A DNA stretch of 64,000 bases, taken from positions 106,020,001 through 106,084,000 of the forward strand of contig OZ024743.1 of NCBI GenBank assembly GCA_964016885.1, read 5' to 3'. A model generated the notes under the pieces. It did no database searches, was not told the origin of the DNA, and saw only the letters and a program-made list of their open reading frames with translations. Positions 57,228 through 64,000 of the stretch are shown one piece after another; position 1 is the first letter of the stretch; each line of letters begins with the position of its first letter. Made by a program: the position numbers and the translations under genes. The stretch is from Eledone cirrhosa. Lineage: Eukaryota.

Positions 57228-57840
57228 ACAAAAATATAATAATTACATACGTTCATACAATGACATATAGAGAGGGGCGAGGAGGAAAGGACAGCTGGAA
57301 AGAAGGGTAAACAAGGGGAGGAAGGGGAGGTAGAGAAGGAATGGATGAAAGAATTAGAAAGAGTCGATGGAGAGGGAAAGAGGTTTGAGCATTGATAAAG
57401 GTGAAAGATTGACTGAGTTAAGATGGCACAAGAACGCAAGTAAAGGTAAATACGGTAAAGGGAGATAGAGGTGAAAATAGGTGGAATACATGGAAAGAAA
57501 ATGATGAAGTAGACCACGAACAGGACGACTAGATAACATCCATGAGCTTAATTGCTGATCCAGTTGGATTAATTGGAGACAGTTGTTTCTGACAGGACCC
57601 ACTGGAAAGGGTGTTTCAGGACATTGCTTTACAACATTCCCAGGAATGAGGGATGAAGAAGTAGAACCAGAATAAGAAGGAGGAGGAAGAGGAGGGGGGG
57701 AAGATGATGATGATGATGAGAAAAAGGAGAAGAAGAAGAAGGATTAGGGTGAGGGGGAGATCATGACGAGAATATGGAGGGGGAGGGGGAGCAGGACGAG
57801 GAGGAAGAGAATAATTAATGAGAAGAAGAAGGGGGGAGAA

Positions 57841-57913
57841 AAAGAAGAAGAAGAAGAAGAAGAAGAAGAAGAAGAAGAAGAAGAAGAAGAAGAAGAAGAA
57901 GAAGAAGAAGAAG
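57841..57913. repeat. (GAA)n microsatellite
   Basis: Direct reading. Confidence 0.95.
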
Positions 57914-58276
57914 GAAACGTCACTTAAAAATTTTGCGCATTAATTTAACACTCACACTTCCTGTTTTTGCTTCATGAGACTGCAACATATTGTTCGATTC
58001 CTATAGTACATCCAGAATGTAAACTGTTGACTGCAATATTGCAATAATAGGCACTGAGTAGCGCTACTTAATTCGAGATTGGCCTGCAGTGCATCACCTG
58101 TTCTCATATAAATATTTGGATGAATAACAAGGAAAAATAACCGAAAGCTTTATCGTCAACATACATTGGTATTGTAAAACGCTTGGATAAATACATACAT
58201 AGTACAACTCATATGTAAACTGTCATGTAGTTAGGTATAGACACATGCAGATACTCAGACATCATTATATACGAAT

Positions 58277-58325
<49 letters not shown>

Positions 58326-58449
58326 TGTCTATGTAATATACACATGTGTGGCCTTCACAATCTTACGCATTCAAACACACACACGTACACCCCCCCCCGG
58401 ACACACACATATATATATATATATACACACATATATATATACACACATA

Positions 58450-58543
<94 letters not shown>

Positions 58544-60973
58544 CATATATACATATATACATATATACATATATATATATATACATATATACATATATAC
58601 ATATATACATATACATATACATATATATATATATGTTTGTATATAAATATATATATATTAATATGATATAAATGCTACAGGGCGTCTACGATAACAGCAT
58701 GAAAATGAAGGGACGACCAGTATAGGATATGTCCGGCATTCCTGTATTTTTACATACACTGGTGCGCCCAGTCAATTCATAGTATGCCGATATACACGTG
58801 ATAGATTTACACATAGCTTGTGTGGTTAAAATTTTAATTAATCTTGTCAATGTTTTCGTAATATTAGCATTCTCTTTATACCGATGAGGATTTCTGTATA
58901 ATCCAGAGTGCATGTGAAAGGCATTAGATGAATGATAAGCATCTATAGAAATTGTAAATTGCAACAATTTGCTTCCGGATCACGTGATCTATTTAATTTG
59001 GGTATCGATGCAACACACTCAGCATAGCACGTCTTATTACGTTTACGCACACATAATATATTGCATTATACCTTGCATGAGATTTGTGGGTGTAATTTAT
59101 TATTTAGGTTGCTTTTAGCAATTCTTTTCTTTATAGTCTTTATAATAGAATTCTAAAGAAAGTTAAATCAGTGTAAACTGATTATATTTGTGATTACAAT
59201 CATGTCTTAGAGTGTTTTATAATAGGGTTTACTGCACCATAACCGCACCAGCAGGTGCAAATCGGCGTTTAGTGCAGAATTACTATTTGTGTATTTAGAA
59301 ACTTATCTGTACACTACATCCCTTTTTCTTCGTTGTGGGATTTGTTTTGTTAGTTATCTTTTCAATTTACTATTTTGTCTGTTGTGTCGAGTAGAATATG
59401 TGCCATATTAGTTGCACTCCTTTGAGGATAGTTTAGTGACGGGTATATGCTGCATGAGAAATATGTTTTTTTTTAGAATCCCATGATGAATATGTTCAAC
59501 ATATTCTGTCGTGTTCTGGTGTGATTTGTGTTTTGCGTATGGAAATTATATAAATTGTTGTGGATTATATTACAGCATCAGATGTTACGTAATCATATAT
59601 GCACTGATTTGTTTCCTTTACTTATTGTGTAAATATGTACTGCATGTGTTGAGATACATTATTAGATGGTAATTTTGTAGCGAATGCTTTATATAAATTG
59701 TATTAAATAATTATGTTATTCATGTAGTTATGCGTTTATAGAATTTTTCCTGGTGGATTTATATTTAACATGTTGCATGAATACTATCAATTCCAGTGTT
59801 CTAACATTTTTATTTTAATATTTCCCTTTGGTTTTGTAGTACCTGTATATGTGTATAGCTTGTACACATAGTAATGAAATTGTTTAATCAATTGAAGATA
59901 TACTTGGACAGATTAACTTTTCGGTTGAATATTTATGTTCTAATGCAGCCATATTTATGAAGTTTGAGAACATCTTTGAGGAAAATCCCAACTCCTAAGA
60001 ACAAATCTCCGCAAGAAAAAAAAAATGTCCTTTCCCTTGCCCATTATTAAATTCTCTTCTATTTTCACAGATAGCAGAAACAAAGTAATGACATATAAGA
60101 TTTGCACTAGGAATACTCAGACAATACACAGATAAGTAAAATACGGGATTATGCTTTAGAATTCATATTTACATATTTTAAGAATTCGTAAAATATAATT
60201 TATCTATTCTTAAATAGAGCTGATATTCTTGTAAACACTTATATGTTATAAATTACGGAAAAGTCATCTTAATTTTTCATGTGTTCTATATGTTCAAACA
60301 TATGTGTTCTATATGCTCTGTTATTGTGATTAATAATGAAACATTATAATATATTAACTATTACTCATTACAATACGTATTTTCACATCACAATACATTA
60401 TAGCTATTAGGTAGGCAACTATTCGTTATCGTCCTAAAAGGCAAAGCCTTTTCGGAAACAGGCCAATTCAGATGCCGGTTCAGATATTTGCAATATGAAT
60501 CCTATCAAATGATTAGCCAGAATTAAAAACAATATTATTAGACTACTGTACGCTTCTACAACTGAAAGAAATGAACGCTAGTCTATTTAAAAATATTTTA
60601 ATTTTTTTAATTTTAATGAGAAACGGGTAACGGAAATATATTTAATTACGGATTTGAAGATATTGATTTACATGCATAAACAGATAATTTTATATAACGA
60701 AATATATATATATATTTTATTATCACTATCTATAAATTTTGTTTCAGTTGTCGAAACGTGTGTAAGTCAAATAAAATGTAAATTCTACCCGAACCCTCGT
60801 TTCGATTATTACTTATTATCTATTCTCACATTACATTCGATCAATATTTGGATTAATTAGGCTATAGGATATACCTCTGATTATTTGTTTTATTATATTT
60901 TCTGATTGTAGAGATGCATCGGGCTTTAAAACATCTTGACATCAACCAGATTGATATCTCAAATTATAACTGT

Positions 60974-61056
<83 letters not shown>

Positions 61057-61583
61057 GCGCACAACAACACACATACACACACACACATGCACACACACAC
61101 ACACACGCACACACACACATATATATATATATATATGAGATCAGACGTGTATGTGAGTGTGCATGCATATTCCATTGACAAATCTCATTCAGGTACTTTT
61201 TTATCACTCTTCATTCCATCGGAAATAGACCTGTGTAAACGGGATATCGAAAGACATGTACCAGAATCATTTTCTTTCATAAGTTAATATCAAGTGCACG
61301 AGAATAAATATACAGCGAACACTCTATGCTTCTACTATACCTTTGACATTCCAAACGTATTCTTTTTTAACTATGAAGACATTAGTTATAGCTCACCAGC
61401 CTTTATTGCATTGGTACATTTTGTACTTTTGCAACTTATAAAAATGACCTTTAGATTTTCTGCCAAAGGTGAATGTCGGGTATGGAGGAATTATTGGAGG
61501 TACGCTATTTAGAAAATATATTGAAAGAACATACAAACATCATAAACCAAAGAATTATATAAAGCGAAAGCGGAGAAGGCAAT

Positions 61584-61625
<42 letters not shown>

Positions 61626-61628
<3 letters not shown>

Positions 61629-62082
61629 GATATTAAATAAATGGAAACTATATTTATAAAACCATATTTATTTCATTATATATATTTCAGGGATATCATA
61701 TTAACAATATGCTATGCCTTCCTCAGACAAAATACAATATAGACAGTTTTATAGATAAATAGATTTGACATACCGTACAACATCGACTTGTATTTGAAAA
61801 GTTGAATTGACTGCCAATTCAACTTTTCAAATACAAGTCGATGTTGTACGGTATGTCAAATCTATTTATCTATAAAACTGTCTATATTGTATTTTGTCTG
61901 AGGAAGGCATAGCATATTGTTAATATGATATCCCTGAAATATATATAATGAAATCAATATGGTTTTATAAATATAATTTCCATTTATTTAATATCGTAAG
62001 TATACTCCAAATACTTGTCGAGTGCTTTTATATCAGTTATAAATATTTACTAGTTGTAACCCAACAATTTAAATATAACTTT

Positions 62083-62084
<2 letters not shown>
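61626..62084 (+). mobile_element. Non-coding foldback element: 184-bp arms (61626-61809 / 61815-61998) plus an 86-nt tail, in (TA)n
   Basis: Arms are reverse-complementary with only 2 mismatches noticed; 5-nt loop ACTGC. Confidence 0.92.
61891..61954 (+). ncRNA. Type I hammerhead ribozyme (mirror copy on the minus strand at 61670-61733)
   Basis: ATTTTGT-CTGAGGA-AGGcATAgCATATT(gtt)AATATGaTATcCCT-GAAA-TATATAT-A-ATGAAAT; predicted cleavage after 61947. Confidence 0.82.
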
Positions 62085-62162
<78 letters not shown>

Positions 62163-62167
<5 letters not shown>

Positions 62168-62302
62168 AACCAGTAAGACCCCGACGGCTGTAGCTCAGCC
62201 GTCGGGGTCTTACTGGTTCCTATTACCCACTCTACTACCCCAAGTATTGAGTACTTTGGTGCGTTATGGTCCACCTGGTTCCTTACCACATTTCCTTCGT
62301 TA
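62163..62302 (+). mobile_element. Short foldback element (28-bp arms plus tail)
   Basis: Arms 62163-62190 / 62196-62223; tail nearly identical to 62442-62520. Confidence 0.85.
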
Positions 62303-62325
62303 TATATATATATATATATATATAT

Positions 62326-62517
62326 ATAGGAACAAGTAAGACCCCGACGGCTGAGCTCAAGCCGTTTCGACGGCTAATTCTGTCCAGAATTAGCCGTCGA
62401 AACGGCTTGAGCTCAGCCGTCGGGGTCTTACTTGTTCCTATTACCCACTCTACTACCCTAAGTATTGAGTACTTTGGTGCGTTATGGTCCACCTGGTTCC
62501 TTACCACATTTCCTTCG

Positions 62518-62520
<3 letters not shown>
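62326..62520 (+). mobile_element. Short foldback element (57-bp perfect arms plus tail) with the 3' half of an HHR
   Basis: Arms 62326-62382 / 62385-62441; GAAA-CGGC(TTGAGCTCA)GCCG-TC-GGGG. Confidence 0.88.
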
Positions 62521-62609
<89 letters not shown>

Positions 62610-63375
62610 TTCGATATCTCCAGAATGTAATAAAATAATAAAATGTTTCATTGCACAGAAGAACTTCAGAAATGGTATTAAAATAACTGAATAAAATTTC
62701 ACGAAATGTATAATGATTATTTCAAGAATATTTCCTTCTGGTTAGGAATGAAAAAGGGAATGTATACATCAGACATATTTCTCGACATAATTTCTCAGAA
62801 ACCACCTTCCGTTCAGTATTACGGAAAAATGGATAGGATAGACCATGCTTTTCTTTAGATACAGACAAGAACTCGCGTCATATGAGGGAGTGTGAGGGGT
62901 GTATGTGCGTGTGTGTACATTTCCGCGTGTGTATATAGGTGTGTGAATGTGTGTTTGTGCGTGTATGTGTGTGTATGTGCGCGCGTGTATATTTATATTA
63001 TTCAATTACGTGTGGCCGCTGGTTTTATAAACTTCATGAGAAAATGTGAGAGATATGTATATATAAAAAGAAATGTGGAGCTAGAAAAATGACAGAGTAA
63101 ATGAACATGAGAACACAAAGGGAAAGCGAACAAATAAATATTAAACTTTAAATGATTGGTAGTGATGAATTGAAATATAAAGCTGCTTTTTTAGGATTTA
63201 GCTTTATAGCAAAATAATGTTCACATGTACATCATTTGTATTTTCAAATAAATTTGAAGTTATCCGCTATGATAGTTCTTGGATATTAAAGATGCCCAAA
63301 GATTGTACAAGTCTAATGATAGAATGTATAATTTCAGTGTCACAAAGTTTTCATCTCAGTAAAATGCTTGTCATA

Positions 63376-63475
63376 GGCGGCAAATTGGCAGAATTGTTAG
63401 AACCTCGGATAGATTGCTGGCAGGATTTTTTCCGAGTTCAAACCACGCTGAGGTCAACTTAGCCTTTCGTCCATT
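63376..63475 (+). mobile_element. SINE 5' fragment
   Basis: GGCGGC..ATTGGCAG, GAGTTCAAA, GAGGTCAACTT.GCCTTTC. Confidence 0.6.
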
Positions 63476-64000
63476 CAAAAACTCCCCGTCTAATATCGGG
63501 TTCAATTAGTCCTCTTCTTTCATTCTCACTTCCGTTCTCTCAAACTCTCTCCTTCTTTGGACCTCACGACCATGATGCCTATCAGACTGTACTGCAGCTG
63601 TATTTAGTTTTCAGACAATTTCCCAACGTATCAGCATCCATGAATGACATCTCATTCTATATCTAGTGATTGAGTTGTCATAGATACGTTTATATGTGTG
63701 TATGTTTGTTTCTGTAAAGTAAAAACAGATTTAATTTAAACATGTTATGTTAAAAGCACGGCTATCCTCAGTTTTGATCTTGATAACAATTACTTCCGTA
63801 TTTCTTTACTTCTTTGCTTTCAGTTGTGAACAATAGTGTTCCTAAATAAGTACGTCAATTAACTGTTCGAGGATCTTCACAACCCATTCTTCAAATTAAA
63901 TACAGCTCTACTTCTGTGAAGGTCAGGTTCTTATAGAAGGGAAATACTAGTACAATTTTCAATATAGTCAACTGTTTTGAATATGTTCAGAATTTTGTTG

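Noticed and set aside
62163-62520. CRISPR-like or MITE interpretation of the repeated palindromes
   Set aside because: Eukaryotic context, no spacers, variable arm lengths and an asymmetric tail

Overview
AT-rich, microsatellite-dense animal genomic DNA, almost entirely transposon-derived. The SINE family and repeat content suggest a cephalopod such as Octopus (inference). No confident host gene was found. Recognisable elements: a 5'-truncated Penelope-like element (PLE) with a Naiad-type GIY-YIG ORF and inverted pseudo-LTRs; a decayed PLE reverse transcriptase; two L1/Tx1 LINEs, one interrupted by a DD37D (maT) DNA transposon; three tandem R4/Dong LINEs in (TAA)n, one with an uninterrupted 1130-aa ORF; a further decayed Dong; two RTE relics; and many tRNA-derived SINEs. 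The main unannotated signal is a set of sequence-unrelated, mostly non-coding elements inserted in (TA)n tracts. Each carries a type I hammerhead ribozyme (HHR) motif or its 3' half. They occur as a 558-nt tandem repeat, a circularly permuted 652-nt monomer, or near-perfect foldback hairpins with a structured 3' tail. This looks like a PLE-driven, retrozyme-like system. All folds were read by eye and no ribozyme activity has been shown.
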